Part shown: piece by piece, positions 1-10,398 of the stretch | Position numbering within the stretch: the first letter of the stretch is position 1 | How the letters are laid out: each line of letters opens with the position of its first letter | NCBI GenBank assembly: GCA_963765495.1 | Contig: CAVXWP010000003.1 | Location: 224,001-288,000 of the forward strand | Length of the DNA stretch: 64,000 nucleotides | Direction: 5' to 3' | Source: Blastocatellia bacterium | GTDB lineage: Bacteria > Acidobacteriota > Blastocatellia > UBA7656 | Translations under genes and position numbers: made by a program | Notes under the pieces: generated by a model | The model's input: only the letters and a program-made list of their open reading frames with translations | What the model was told of the DNA's origin: nothing | Database searches by the model: none

Positions 1-2
1 AG

Positions 3-623
3 CCGGATTGTCCGCCGCATCATTCGGTCCCGCTTGCGTGGGTTCGCGTCAGACCCGGCTCGCCCATAACCGATGACGACATATCGGTGATGGGCAGACC
101 CACTATGAGACCGCCGGTTCAATCGCTCACGCATATCTGCTCGATCAACTGGCCGCACGGGGGCGTAATACCGCGCCGCCGTCTCGAAGAGATCAAGCGG
201 CTTGAGGTGAGATTTGACCGCAGGCTGAAGAAACCTGAACAGGGTAGTACCAGGCGCGGTCCTACCGGAGTAAACGCGTCAACCTTTGTCGTGCAGTACG
301 GCGCAAAACAGGAAGACCTCGACTTTGTTCCTTACACCACATCGCCCTACGTCGAAAACGATTGCGTAGGCATTTACGCCCTGAACCCGGAGGGGCCGGC
401 CGAGGGCGAGCGGGTCTACTCTTACCTTGAAAATCAGGTCGTCTTTGTAACCTTGAAATGCGACTTCATTCTGGATTGTCACAGCGTTCCGGTAGACGGC
501 AACCATCTGGGCGGATTGCTCCCGACGGGGGATGGAATTCGCGGCGGCACATTCGAGAGCTGGTTCCGCGTGCTGCCCGATTACGATTATGAAAACTACG
601 AGCGCGAGCACGGTCGCTACTAG
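3..623 (+). CDS. eCIS-associated hypothetical protein, C-terminal part (5'-truncated by window edge)
   Basis: The frame of ORF 87..623 is open back to position 3 (PDCPPHHSVPLAWVRV...). It ends in LKCDFILD...VDGNHLGG.LPTGDGIRGGTFESWF, a tail I recall from CIS-locus accessory proteins. Co-directional with the CIS operon. Confidence 0.7.
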   Translation, partial: PDCPPHHSVPLAWVRVRPGSPITDDDISVMGRPTMRPPVQSLTHICSINWPHGGVIPRRRLEEIKRLEVRFDRRLKKPEQGSTRRGPTGVNASTFVVQYGAKQEDLDFVPYTTSPYVENDCVGIYALNPEGPAEGERVYSYLENQVVFVTLKCDFILDCHSVPVDGNHLGGLLPTGDGIRGGTFESWFRVLPDYDYENYEREHGRY

Positions 624-640
624 ACTGGAAGGAGTGAGCT

Positions 641-2185
641 ATGAGCACGATGACTAAAGCGCCGCAAGCGAGCGGCCACGGCTGCACCTGTGGATGTTCC
701 GATTGCGGAGGCGAGTGCTGCGAACTGGAATGTCTGGTGCAGCCGAGGTTCTTCTGCGGCCAGTTACTTACGGATCAAGACCTGAACGCGCTGCTCGAAT
801 GGGTAAAGGGGAAAACGGCGCTGACCAGATACCGCCACGGGTGGGGAATCGTATGCGGGCTTGATGTGAGTTGCAGCGCGGAGCCGGGCAGAGAGGGCTT
901 TGTGTCGGTGACGCCGGGCTATGCGATAGACTGCTGCGGCAACGACATCATCGTCTGCCTCGAAGCTCAAATAGATCTATCGAAATACTGTCTGCCCGAA
1001 GGAGACATCTGCGCCCAGTGGCCCGCTGCGCAGCCGAACCGCGACGACAACTCGACACTCAGCTTCGGCGGGTTTGAAGTTCCGCGAAACGAAGTCCAGG
1101 CGATAGATCTTTTTATCGGCTATGCCGAGACCGTAAGCGACGCGCAAAACGCGCTCGCACGGAGGGCCTGCGATGCGGTCGAAGCCTGCGAATACACGCG
1201 TACGCACGAGGGCTATCGCCTGTACGCGAAGAAGGCCGAGCACTGCGACCAGAGCGTGGAGAAGCGGGCGCTGGATTGGGAAGCGGGGTATCGAAGAGGG
1301 CTGGAAGATTTCTTTAACGCCGTGAGGAGTGATGACCCGACGCGAAGGCTTGAGAGGCTCGGCAGGTGGGCAGACAACCATCAGCTTACAAGCTTCTGTT
1401 TCGCCGAGGATTGGTTGACCGAGCTACTCAAGCAGGGCGAGATCAACACGCGCGCGATCAATGAATTGACCTTCTGGATGGCGCAGGACTGGCGCAATCA
1501 TTATCTGAGATGCGATTGCTTCGAGTGCGGGCCGGAAACCGGCGTGCCGCTCGCCAGGGTCTGGCTCAGACGTGTTAAGAAAGACAACGGTCGAGCCACC
1601 TGCAAAGTGCTGTACATAAATCCCTACCCACCTTACCGTCGCCCCGTTCAGCAGGAATGCTGGCCAGTGCCCTCGGGCAATCTGGGTCTCGCCCGCTTCG
1701 TCTGGCAGTCGGTTGATAACGTATCAACGGAACTGCGCAATATGGGCATAGATGAAATTTCGATGGAGCCGTTTACCTTTGACGGTGATACAAACCTCCG
1801 CGACAAACTCGGAAGCGACCCCCTTTCGGTTCCCGCGCCCGACCGCAGCGACTCGGCTTCGCTGGTAGTTTATTACTGCAACGACATCTGCAATCAGAAG
1901 CGCGTAGTGCGTTTCGACATCGGCTCGCGACCGAAGAGAAATGTAGGGGACGCGGCTGCGCTGTCGGCCGACAATCAAATGCTCGATCTTCAGCGAGTGA
2001 GCGGCATAAAGGCGGGCTACGCGCAGAGGCTGCAAGACAAAGGCATCATGAATATCAGAGACCTTGCCGCCGCCTCTCCTGAGACCGTGCGGGAAGCGTT
2101 GTCTGACCTGCCGGTCTTTCCTCCTCCTGAAAAATTTATCAACGATGCGGCGGATCTGCTCAAGCAACTGGAGGCAGAGAATTAA
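641..2185 (+). CDS. CIS fibre/crown-type accessory protein with Cys-rich N-terminus and C-terminal helix-hairpin-helix (DUF4332-like) domain
   Basis: RBS AAGGAG. N-terminal PRFFCGQLLTDQDL...HGWGIVCGLDV...VTPGYAIDCCGND domain. C-terminal LQRVSGIKAGYAQRLQDKGIMNIRDLAAA HhH signature. Confidence 0.7.
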   Translation: MSTMTKAPQASGHGCTCGCSDCGGECCELECLVQPRFFCGQLLTDQDLNALLEWVKGKTALTRYRHGWGIVCGLDVSCSAEPGREGFVSVTPGYAIDCCGNDIIVCLEAQIDLSKYCLPEGDICAQWPAAQPNRDDNSTLSFGGFEVPRNEVQAIDLFIGYAETVSDAQNALARRACDAVEACEYTRTHEGYRLYAKKAEHCDQSVEKRALDWEAGYRRGLEDFFNAVRSDDPTRRLERLGRWADNHQLTSFCFAEDWLTELLKQGEINTRAINELTFWMAQDWRNHYLRCDCFECGPETGVPLARVWLRRVKKDNGRATCKVLYINPYPPYRRPVQQECWPVPSGNLGLARFVWQSVDNVSTELRNMGIDEISMEPFTFDGDTNLRDKLGSDPLSVPAPDRSDSASLVVYYCNDICNQKRVVRFDIGSRPKRNVGDAAALSADNQMLDLQRVSGIKAGYAQRLQDKGIMNIRDLAAASPETVREALSDLPVFPPPEKFINDAADLLKQLEAEN

Positions 2186-2200
2186 TCTACGGTACGCGAG

Positions 2201-4771
2201 ATGGAACGATTACGAGTCTATTATGTCGAGAAGCAGCGGCTGCGAGCCTCGGACCTCGAATCCGAACAGGAATATCTGGTCGGGCTCGATCAGCGTCACG
2301 CTCTTGAGCAACACAGGCCGGGCATTGTGCGCGGCCTCGAAGTCCGCCCCGACGACGGTGGCGGCTTAGTCGTCGAGCCCGGCATCGCGATTGATTCCGA
2401 GGGCCGCGAACTACTGCTTCACACTCAGGAATCCGTTTCGATAAACGAGGGAGAAGGATGCATAGATGTGTGGCTCATTTACTGCCGCGAGCCGGTGCGG
2501 TTGCCTAAGCCCGGTCGCGCCCCTTGCTCTCAATCTACATACGAGCGATGGCGTGAAATCCCGCGCGTGATAAGCACGCTGGCCGGGAACGAAAGTCAGC
2601 CGCAGGCCCCGGCAGAGAGCGCGGTATTTTTAGGCAGGTTCAGATGCGAAGACCGTCAAGAGATACTTTACGCGGGGCTTCGCGGTGGAATCGTAGCCGA
2701 TGCGGGCGGGCGAGCGATTGCGCAGATCGGCCCGCGCGAGGGCCTGGACCCTTATGGTTTTGTGGTAAATGTCGCCGATCAAACGAGCAATCTGATTCAA
2801 CGAATCGCTATGGATCGGCGCGGCAACACAAATCTTTCCGGCACGGTAGAGATAATCAACTATCCTCTGAATCCCGTGATTGCCGGTGCTAAGGCTACGC
2901 CGATGCTGATAGTCGAATCACGCCGGGCAGAAGAGAATGTAACGCTCAAGCTTGCGGCCGAGAAATCGCAAACGGGCGAAGATGTCATCAAGATGACAAT
3001 CTCATCCGACTCGGGCGGGCACGAGGAATTCGAGATCAATGCCCGGATCGCCGAGTTGAAAACAGGCATAAGCGACATCAACAGGGATTCCAGACTGGTT
3101 AAAGTGATCGCAAGCGCCGAGTTGATGAAACTCATCACTCCCAAGAAGATTCGACCGAGGGACAAGAAAGGCTCGGACAAGGTAATAGTGTCAAGGCTGC
3201 TCGAAGTGCGCGACATTTTCCGACCCGCTATGCCCAACTGGCAGGGAGTGCTGAAGCTCGACAGTTGGCCGGAACGCGGGCCGGTCATGATGACGGATGA
3301 GCGCGGCTGTCACGTCTCTGATGACCCGGCGGGCGTCCCTCAGTTGAACGGCCTCTCCTTAGAGACGGCCTCGCCCCCCCCCAAAGACACGCCTGTGCCG
3401 AGGGTCTATAACGCGCTGGTGGAGTCCGACAACCGCACAATCGAGCAGGTGCGGTTTGATCTGGGCGAGAAGAAGGAATCCGACAGCACCACGCGGTTTT
3501 CACTCGGCGCGCTCGATAATGAGAGTTCCGAATTCGCCGCGTGGATGACCGTGAGCGGCACCTGTCTGGTCAGTCTGCTCGACAGCGATGCCCATAGTCA
3601 GGGGAATCCCGTCGTGACCATAGATGTGAACGGCACCGTAGAGCAATCGCCTATGAAACCCAACCCGGCAGACCCGCTTTATCGCGATCTGCTGGCAGCC
3701 GCGTGGATGGCCGGGCTGCGAAGTTCCATCCTCGCTTCGACTACGATTGGGATTGAAATAAACGGCCTCCCCGCTCTGATGGAAAGCAATAATCCCAATA
3801 AACCGTGGAGCTACAACGTGGTTGTATCTAATGGGGAAAGCAAGGAAATCTCCGTCAATAACCTGTACGAATCCCGCATTGTCGGCGCGGAGATTCAAAC
3901 GCAGCCTAAATCGTCGCCTTTCCCAATTCAGCCAAATAGCTCCGTAACCCGGCAGGTGAATCACACGGATAAGACCCCGGCAGGAGACTTGACTATTCAA
4001 ATCATGGCTACGGGAATCGTAGGTCAGATTCCATGGTGGAAGTCCGGCGAAAAGAAGTCCGTCGTAGTCGAGACCCCGGAAGCCGATCTTTCGGGCTTTC
4101 CCGATAGCGTGCCGCCCTCGACTGATTGGGACTACGGCTTCACGGTCAAAAACCTTGCCGAGCGCGGCCTGACGCTCAGGCAGATAACGCTGACCGAAGA
4201 GGGAGGAGCGCCCGTGGATATTCCGATTGGCGCGCCCGACCTCTCGGCTCACACCGATGCTGTGTTTGGCCCGTTCCCGCACCCCGGGATCACGGATGCA
4301 TTGAATGTCACGTTGTCTGTGAAGTACGAGTGGCAAAAGACGGCCCTGGAAATAAGCCAGGACCCGAGCATAATAGAAGGCGAGATCGGAGCGCAAAGGA
4401 GCATAAGAGTTACAAACCAGCTTCTTCTGAGTCTTCAGGCTCCCGCTTCGATCACACAGGAAACGCCGTGGCAATACTCGCTTGCCTTTATAAATGCGGG
4501 CAACGCACCCTTAATGCTTAAATCGCTCAAGCAAAGGCTGACGGTTGAAGGCGTCGAGCTTGACGACTTTGAAGACATCCCCAATTTCCCCCAAGACCCG
4601 ATAGGCCCCGGTCAGAGCGCCCAGATGACAAACATCGCCGGTATCGAGGCCCCCGCCGATGTTGAAGAAGCCACGCTTGAGATACTGGCAGAATATAGAT
4701 CGAAGGCCAGGATATGGAGCCCGCCCTCTTTCACTCAGGATATATCCGTCACCGAAGATGCCGTCGAATAG
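2201..4771 (+). CDS. CIS fibre/receptor-binding-type protein with three C-terminal Ig-like repeats
   Basis: Same N-terminal domain (RVYYVEKQRLRASDLESEQEY...GIVRGLEV...VEPGIAIDSEGREL). Three ~110-aa beta-rich units each contain W-x-Y-x-x-x-x-x-N. Confidence 0.65.
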   Translation: MERLRVYYVEKQRLRASDLESEQEYLVGLDQRHALEQHRPGIVRGLEVRPDDGGGLVVEPGIAIDSEGRELLLHTQESVSINEGEGCIDVWLIYCREPVRLPKPGRAPCSQSTYERWREIPRVISTLAGNESQPQAPAESAVFLGRFRCEDRQEILYAGLRGGIVADAGGRAIAQIGPREGLDPYGFVVNVADQTSNLIQRIAMDRRGNTNLSGTVEIINYPLNPVIAGAKATPMLIVESRRAEENVTLKLAAEKSQTGEDVIKMTISSDSGGHEEFEINARIAELKTGISDINRDSRLVKVIASAELMKLITPKKIRPRDKKGSDKVIVSRLLEVRDIFRPAMPNWQGVLKLDSWPERGPVMMTDERGCHVSDDPAGVPQLNGLSLETASPPPKDTPVPRVYNALVESDNRTIEQVRFDLGEKKESDSTTRFSLGALDNESSEFAAWMTVSGTCLVSLLDSDAHSQGNPVVTIDVNGTVEQSPMKPNPADPLYRDLLAAAWMAGLRSSILASTTIGIEINGLPALMESNNPNKPWSYNVVVSNGESKEISVNNLYESRIVGAEIQTQPKSSPFPIQPNSSVTRQVNHTDKTPAGDLTIQIMATGIVGQIPWWKSGEKKSVVVETPEADLSGFPDSVPPSTDWDYGFTVKNLAERGLTLRQITLTEEGGAPVDIPIGAPDLSAHTDAVFGPFPHPGITDALNVTLSVKYEWQKTALEISQDPSIIEGEIGAQRSIRVTNQLLLSLQAPASITQETPWQYSLAFINAGNAPLMLKSLKQRLTVEGVELDDFEDIPNFPQDPIGPGQSAQMTNIAGIEAPADVEEATLEILAEYRSKARIWSPPSFTQDISVTEDAVE

Positions 4772-4797
4772 ACCGGGCCAAAAGGAGTTAAACGCTT

Positions 4798-6066
4798 ATG
4801 ACAACCGTCATCGTTCCGAGAGTCCATTTTTTCGAAAAGCAATTCTTGCGCGTAGGCGAGTTCAAAGATGAACAGACATACCACATTGCGGCCCGGCGGC
4901 GGCACAACATAACCGAGCATTTATGGGGAATTGTTCGGGGTCTTGAAATCGCGCAGGACGAAGACCTCGCGCTGATAGTGAGACCCGGCATGGCCATTGA
5001 CGGATACGGAAGAGAATTGCTGCTGGCCGAAAAAAAATCGCTTGACGCGAAAGCCTTCGACACGCTTGGGACCGATCAACTCGACGCCTGGCTTGTCTAT
5101 GACCGGCGCGACGGAGAGACCGCGCCCGAAGGCTACTCGGGGTGCGATTCGGATAGCTCTCGAAATGCCTATCGGTCCGAAGAGACCCCGCTGGTTCTGC
5201 TTGAGCGGCCTATCTCTCGCAGTGTGGATGCGCGGCGGCCTCCCGGCGTGTCGAAGGATGTTTTTGACGCGAATGTGCCTCTGGTGTCGGATGATCCTAA
5301 GGACACCTGGCGGGTCTATCTGGGCCGCATAAAACGGCTCGCGCAGGATCAGTTTCAAATAGACCTTTCCGAACGCACATACGCCGGGCTGGTGGGCGAA
5401 GTCATAGACCACCCGGCAAACGCCGCGCGCATGGAGATCGGCAAAGAGCCGAGCGTGACCGACAGACGCGAGTTTGGAGGGCTGACTTACACTTACACAA
5501 AAAACATAGAGGGCGAGCCGACACAGTCGCGGCGTTTTGCCGTCTTCATCCCGGAAGATGTGGATTCGATAAACGACACAGGAGAAATAGTCCTGTGGCC
5601 GCGCCTTGAAATTCTGCAAGACGGAATCCTTCGCCTGCGCGGCAGCACCGTCATAAACGGCAATCTGCGGATCATCGGCGGCGCGGTGCAGTTTAGCACC
5701 CCTGCCCAGTTCGAGAACGAGCCTGTCACGGCAGACAACACGCCGCTTGCCCCCGCGATCTATCGCATAATCGATGAGGGAAAAGATCAGTTGCGAATAG
5801 ACCTTGGGGCAAACAATACCCTGAACCGCGAATTCGTAATCGGCTTTTCAAACGAGAGCGGCGAATTTACTACCTGCCTGAAACTGGAATTAAAGGAAGA
5901 GGAAGGCGCGCCTAAACCGAGAGTCAAAGTCACGATCAACGGGGACTTGATGTTAAACGGAGACCTGATCGGAACTGATCTCGTTCCGCGCACCTTGAAT
6001 GAAGAGGTCATTAACGCCATCAAGGCGAGCTTTCAGGCCGGGGTCGCCGCGGGCAATAACGCATAG
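4798..6066 (+). CDS. CIS fibre-type protein, paralogue of the N-terminal ~510 aa of 2201..4771
   Basis: RBS AAGGAG. PRVHFFEKQFLRVGEFKDEQTY...WGIVRGLEI...VRPGMAIDGYGREL. Further shared blocks: YAGL.G, Q.R.DLG and NES.EF. Confidence 0.65.
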   Translation: MTTVIVPRVHFFEKQFLRVGEFKDEQTYHIAARRRHNITEHLWGIVRGLEIAQDEDLALIVRPGMAIDGYGRELLLAEKKSLDAKAFDTLGTDQLDAWLVYDRRDGETAPEGYSGCDSDSSRNAYRSEETPLVLLERPISRSVDARRPPGVSKDVFDANVPLVSDDPKDTWRVYLGRIKRLAQDQFQIDLSERTYAGLVGEVIDHPANAARMEIGKEPSVTDRREFGGLTYTYTKNIEGEPTQSRRFAVFIPEDVDSINDTGEIVLWPRLEILQDGILRLRGSTVINGNLRIIGGAVQFSTPAQFENEPVTADNTPLAPAIYRIIDEGKDQLRIDLGANNTLNREFVIGFSNESGEFTTCLKLELKEEEGAPKPRVKVTINGDLMLNGDLIGTDLVPRTLNEEVINAIKASFQAGVAAGNNA

Positions 6067-6086
6067 CAGTGAGGTGTAGATTGTAG

Positions 6087-8139
6087 ATGGAGCCGCGCAT
6101 CAGACATTGGCACTGTCGTTATCGGCTCGTAGGCGAGCGCGAGGAAGCCCGGCTTGCGGTCGAGCGGCTTGAGCGCGCGGTTCGCCCGCGCGTCTCTGAG
6201 GCTTATGCCGAGGCTCTCGCCCGCGTCTTTGAAAATGACCCGGCGGTCTATGTTTTGCGCCGCGTAAATGCTCGCCTCGTGCTCGACCACGCTACACGCG
6301 AAACCGAATCACGGTTGGCCGAAAAATGGGCCGACCGTCTGGGACACGCCGTGGTGAGCAGCATCGCGCGCGGAGGCGAAGATAGCGGCAACCTCGTTCG
6401 ATTCGCCGATGAACCGGATTATGTGGCGCACTTTATCGCAGACCTGCTTGGCGATACGGCGTGGGAGCGATGGTACTACGGCGCGTTTTCGCATCTTCGC
6501 CTGAGCCCAAAAAAGGAAGCGATACTGTCGCTGCTCTTTGAAGGCCGGGAGCAACTCGCGGGCTTATTGCGACGACTCGAAAGCCTCGGATGCCTGAAGC
6601 AGGTCCTCGCCCTGCTTGATCGCCCGTCCGCGCTCGCGCTCTGGTCCGACACGGCAAAAGCGACCGATTCGGCCTCGAATGCGAAAGAGTTCCGCCTTTT
6701 CGTAAGCACCGCGATTCGCCTTCTCGATCTGCTCGGCGTCTGGAAGACCGGCGCGCCTTCCGAGTCCGCAATTCTCGAAGAGTACCTTAAGAGCCATCCC
6801 CTGCCCCCTGGCTGGACGGATCATCGCTCGCTTGCGCAGGCCGTGCTTAACGTAATAAGCCACCTGATCAGCCGTAACTATCTTTCAGGCTTGCACTCGG
6901 AGGTCGCGGCGAAGTTCTCAAATCTGCGCGAGCAAATCTCATCGGAATTCGACTGGCTCGATTTTGAATGGCTTGAGGCCGCGCTGTTTGCGATCCTGAC
7001 CGTATCAGAGCCGGACCCGTCAGAGCCGGCTCTGCCGTTTCGCTCTCCCGGTTCCACTCCCCTGCATCGCCGGATACTCGAACGCATCCGCGACCTGTTA
7101 CGGACGGGCGCGGTCAGGCTTGAAGTGAAAGGCGTGAACGGTATGGATGGCATAGACGGGGCGAGTCTGGAACAAAACGCCCTGCGGCTTTATGCGGGGC
7201 TGGCAATTGCCGATGCCGAGGTCGCCGACCGGGCCGTTGCGCGAGCGATTATCAATCACCTTTTGATGTGCGCGAGCTTTATCGCCGAGGCTTCTGATCC
7301 GCAGGCAATCCTGACCGCGATGAGGACCGGCCAAACCACCCGCTCATATGAAACCCTGGCGGGCGTAGCCGGGGATGCGATCCGCAACGCTTTATGTTAT
7401 GGCCCCCTCGCATCGGAAGCCCTCGAAGAAATCCTCCGTTCGAGCGAGGCTGTGACGGCGCGAACTTACAAAAGCACAGTGCGTACCGAGTGCGCGGGTC
7501 TTTTTCTGGCGGCGCGGGCGATCCTTGATACGCGCATTCCGCAACTTGCCGCGCGCGAAGGGGCGGGACCGCTCTCATCGGTCTTGCTGGCCCTGGGTAT
7601 CGTGTGGATGGGATCGCGTGCGCTCAAGGACGCGATGACCGATCCGGGTCTTGCCTTCTGGTGCGGGCTTGCCCCGCAGGAGTATTCCGCCCGCGAGTTG
7701 TTAGCGGAATTGGATGAGGCGGGTTGCGAGCGACTTCTTGCACAGGTGCGGGAGTTGTTTGAGGCTCGCGCCTCGCTAAGTTCGTCTCTCGCTCGTGGCG
7801 AAGCGCCCTCGCCTCAGTCCTGTCTCGCCCAGATAAAGGCCGAGTTGCCTGATGGTGCGATTGATAAACGATTCGATTGCGCTCGTGGCGATCTACGCCA
7901 TAAGGCTCTGGGCGCAGTGGTTGCCGGGTCTCTCAAGTTCGAGCGTGCTTTACCTGCTCGGTAATATGTTGCGGCGCTCCGGCAATCTGCAAATCAACGA
8001 TCATCGCGTAGATGTCACACTCGCGCCTGGCTCGTTCGACATAGTGATCGAGATGGCTTCCTATACGAAAGAGCTCTCCGAGGTAGCGTGGCTCGGAGGC
8101 CGCAAGGTCACTTTCCGAATAGACCGGAGCTTCAGATGA
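6087..8139 (+). pseudogene. CIS tape-measure-like protein (Afp14/CIS_TMP-like), split by a single frameshift near 7840-7900 (true lesion or sequencing indel)
   Basis: ORF 6087..7964 degenerates after ELPDGA. The overlapping frame 7852..8139 carries the typical CIS-TMP C-terminus (WLPGLSSSSVLYLLGNMLRRSGNL...FDIVIEMA...AWLGGRKVTF), and its TGA overlaps the ATPase ATG (ATGA at 8136-8139). Confidence 0.6.
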
Positions 8140-10397
8140 ACCCTTACAAGCCACCCGAAGTCTTGCTTGATCGCGGCCCCTATAAGAGCAGCGCGCACCA
8201 TCTGGGCGATGAGCTTGCTCGCATAGACATGCTTGTGCGGGCACAGGTGGTGCGCTGGCGCTTGACGCTCGCCGAGACAAAACCGGAACAGATGTGGGGC
8301 ATGATTCACGTGAGTGATGCCGAAATCGAGCAGTATCTCTCCTCGCCCGTGACGCCGCCCAATCATCTGCCGGAAACACTGCTTCAAGCCCTGCGCCCGT
8401 TCTGGGAAGCCGAAGATTTGATCTGTCGACAAATCCGCGAGAATCTGGAAGCCACAGACCCCGAACTCGACTTGCGTGTAAATTCGCTCTGCTCGGGCTT
8501 CGCGTTGAGCGAGCTTGAGAGAGACATAATCTTGATTTGCCTGCTGGCCGAACTCGATTTTCGCTATCGTCGGATCTTCGGTTATCTACAAGACGATGCT
8601 TCGCGGACAAGACCGCCGGTTGATCTGCTGACCCAGATCGCGCGACCCCGGGCCGAATCGTTTGAAGAGGCGCGCGCGGCATTTGAGCCGGGAGGCAAAT
8701 TGCTCTCCAATCGGCTGCTCTTCCTGGGCGGCGAGGGCGATAACCGCGCCGCTAGATTTGCGCGGGTAGATGAGAGAATCGCGTCATACCTGTGTGGGAG
8801 CGACGACCCGGATGCGCGGCTTCTCAACATCGTGTCGAGAGACGAGCCGAATCTGGATTGGGATGAGTTGCTCTTTGATGAGGCGCTCGTATCTCATCTG
8901 CGCAGCGTTGCCGATTACGCCGGAGAGCGCAAGGTCCTTCTGTTTTTTCACGGCCTGCGCGGAAGCGGTCGTGAAAAGGCCGCGCGCGCCATCTGCACTC
9001 AGAATCATTCAGGTCTTCTGCGCGTGGATGCGGAAGCGGCGCTCTGCGATCAGATGCGGTGGGAGATGATCGTCGATCTCGCATACCGCGAAGCTCGGCT
9101 TGGCGGCGATGCGATTCACTGGGTAAATGACAGCCTTCTGCAAGAGGACGAGCAAGCATCTTTTCGCCTGAATTATCTATTGCGCGTTGCGGCTGAATTT
9201 GAGGGGCTGACGATTCTGTCGACGACTTCGCCGGGAGACAATCAATTGCAGTTGCGCGGTTGTCTTCCCCTGCATCTAGATTTTCCTGTCCCACATTTCG
9301 AGGGTCGCCGAAAGATATGGCTGGCCTATCTTCCATCCAAGGATGAGTTGCCCGACAGAGATACTATCGCCGAAACGCTTGCCTCGGCTTTTCAGCTTAA
9401 TGAAGGGCAGGTGCGCGACACGGTCGGCTCGGCCGGTGAACTTGCGCAGCGGCGCGATATCTTCAATCCGAAGATCACGAGCGAGGATCTCTATGACGCC
9501 TGCCGAAAACAGGCGGGCCGGAGGTTGCTCGGGTTTGCGCGGAGGATCGAGCCCTCGCGCAAGCTTTCGCTCGACGACGTGATACTGGCCGAACCGGGCA
9601 AGCGGCAACTCAAGGAACTGCTGAACCGGATACGACTGCGTGGCCGCATCTATTCCGAAATAAAATTCAATCAAAGGCTCGCTCAGGGCAGAGGGCTGCT
9701 TGTTCTATTTGCGGGCGCGTCCGGGACAGGAAAGACCATGTCGGCCGAGTTGCTTGCCAATGAAGAGGGAGTTGATCTTTACAAGGTGGATCTTTCGGCC
9801 GTCGTAAGCAAGTGGGTTGGCGAGACTGAGAAGAATCTCAATCGCGTATTTGCCGAAGCGGAGGATTCAAACGCATTGCTCTTCTTTGACGAATGCGATG
9901 CGCTTTTCGGGCAACGGGGCGAGATCAGAGAGGCTAAAGACAGGTGGGCCAACCTCGAGGTGAATTATCTGTTACAACGCGTAGAGGAGTATTCCGGGGT
10001 AGTAATCCTGGCGACAAATCTGAGGCAAAATCTGGATGATGCTTTCCTGCGCCGCATTCAGGTCATAATAGAGTTTCCTGCCCCCAACGCGGATTTACGC
10101 TTAAAGATATGGGAGCGCAGTCTTCCGTCGTCGCCCGATTCGACAATCACAAAAGACGACCTGCGCAACATAGCAAATCGGTTTGCGATCACCGGCGGCA
10201 ACATCCGCAACATCGTAATCGATGCGGCCTTCCGCGCTCTGGCGGCGCGCCGCTCGACGATCACGCTCCGCGATCTTGTAGATTCGATAGCGCGGGAATA
10301 TCAGAAAATCGGCAAGCCTATCACTCAGGGAGATTTCGGCGAAGAATTCTTCAAATGGGCCGTCGCCGACATCCTCTCTCCTGCCGTGGCGGAGTGA
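8136..10397 (+). CDS. eCIS AAA+ ATPase (Afp15/Pvc15-like) with N-terminal winged-helix domain
   Basis: Walker A GASGTGKT, Walker B LLFFDECD, VDLSAVVSKWVGETEKNL, ATNLRQNLDDAFLRR. Degenerate first AAA module (HGLRGSGREK). N-terminal AELDFRYRRIFGYLQDD. Start placed at the ATGA overlap. Confidence 0.9.
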   Translation: MNPYKPPEVLLDRGPYKSSAHHLGDELARIDMLVRAQVVRWRLTLAETKPEQMWGMIHVSDAEIEQYLSSPVTPPNHLPETLLQALRPFWEAEDLICRQIRENLEATDPELDLRVNSLCSGFALSELERDIILICLLAELDFRYRRIFGYLQDDASRTRPPVDLLTQIARPRAESFEEARAAFEPGGKLLSNRLLFLGGEGDNRAARFARVDERIASYLCGSDDPDARLLNIVSRDEPNLDWDELLFDEALVSHLRSVADYAGERKVLLFFHGLRGSGREKAARAICTQNHSGLLRVDAEAALCDQMRWEMIVDLAYREARLGGDAIHWVNDSLLQEDEQASFRLNYLLRVAAEFEGLTILSTTSPGDNQLQLRGCLPLHLDFPVPHFEGRRKIWLAYLPSKDELPDRDTIAETLASAFQLNEGQVRDTVGSAGELAQRRDIFNPKITSEDLYDACRKQAGRRLLGFARRIEPSRKLSLDDVILAEPGKRQLKELLNRIRLRGRIYSEIKFNQRLAQGRGLLVLFAGASGTGKTMSAELLANEEGVDLYKVDLSAVVSKWVGETEKNLNRVFAEAEDSNALLFFDECDALFGQRGEIREAKDRWANLEVNYLLQRVEEYSGVVILATNLRQNLDDAFLRRIQVIIEFPAPNADLRLKIWERSLPSSPDSTITKDDLRNIANRFAITGGNIRNIVIDAAFRALAARRSTITLRDLVDSIAREYQKIGKPITQGDFGEEFFKWAVADILSPAVAE

Positions 10398-10398
10398 T

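Noticed and set aside
8088-8135. Upstream start for the AAA+ ATPase given by the ORF track
   Set aside because: It would overlap the TMP C-terminal coding region by ~50 bp; the ATGA-coupled ATG at 8136 is more plausible.
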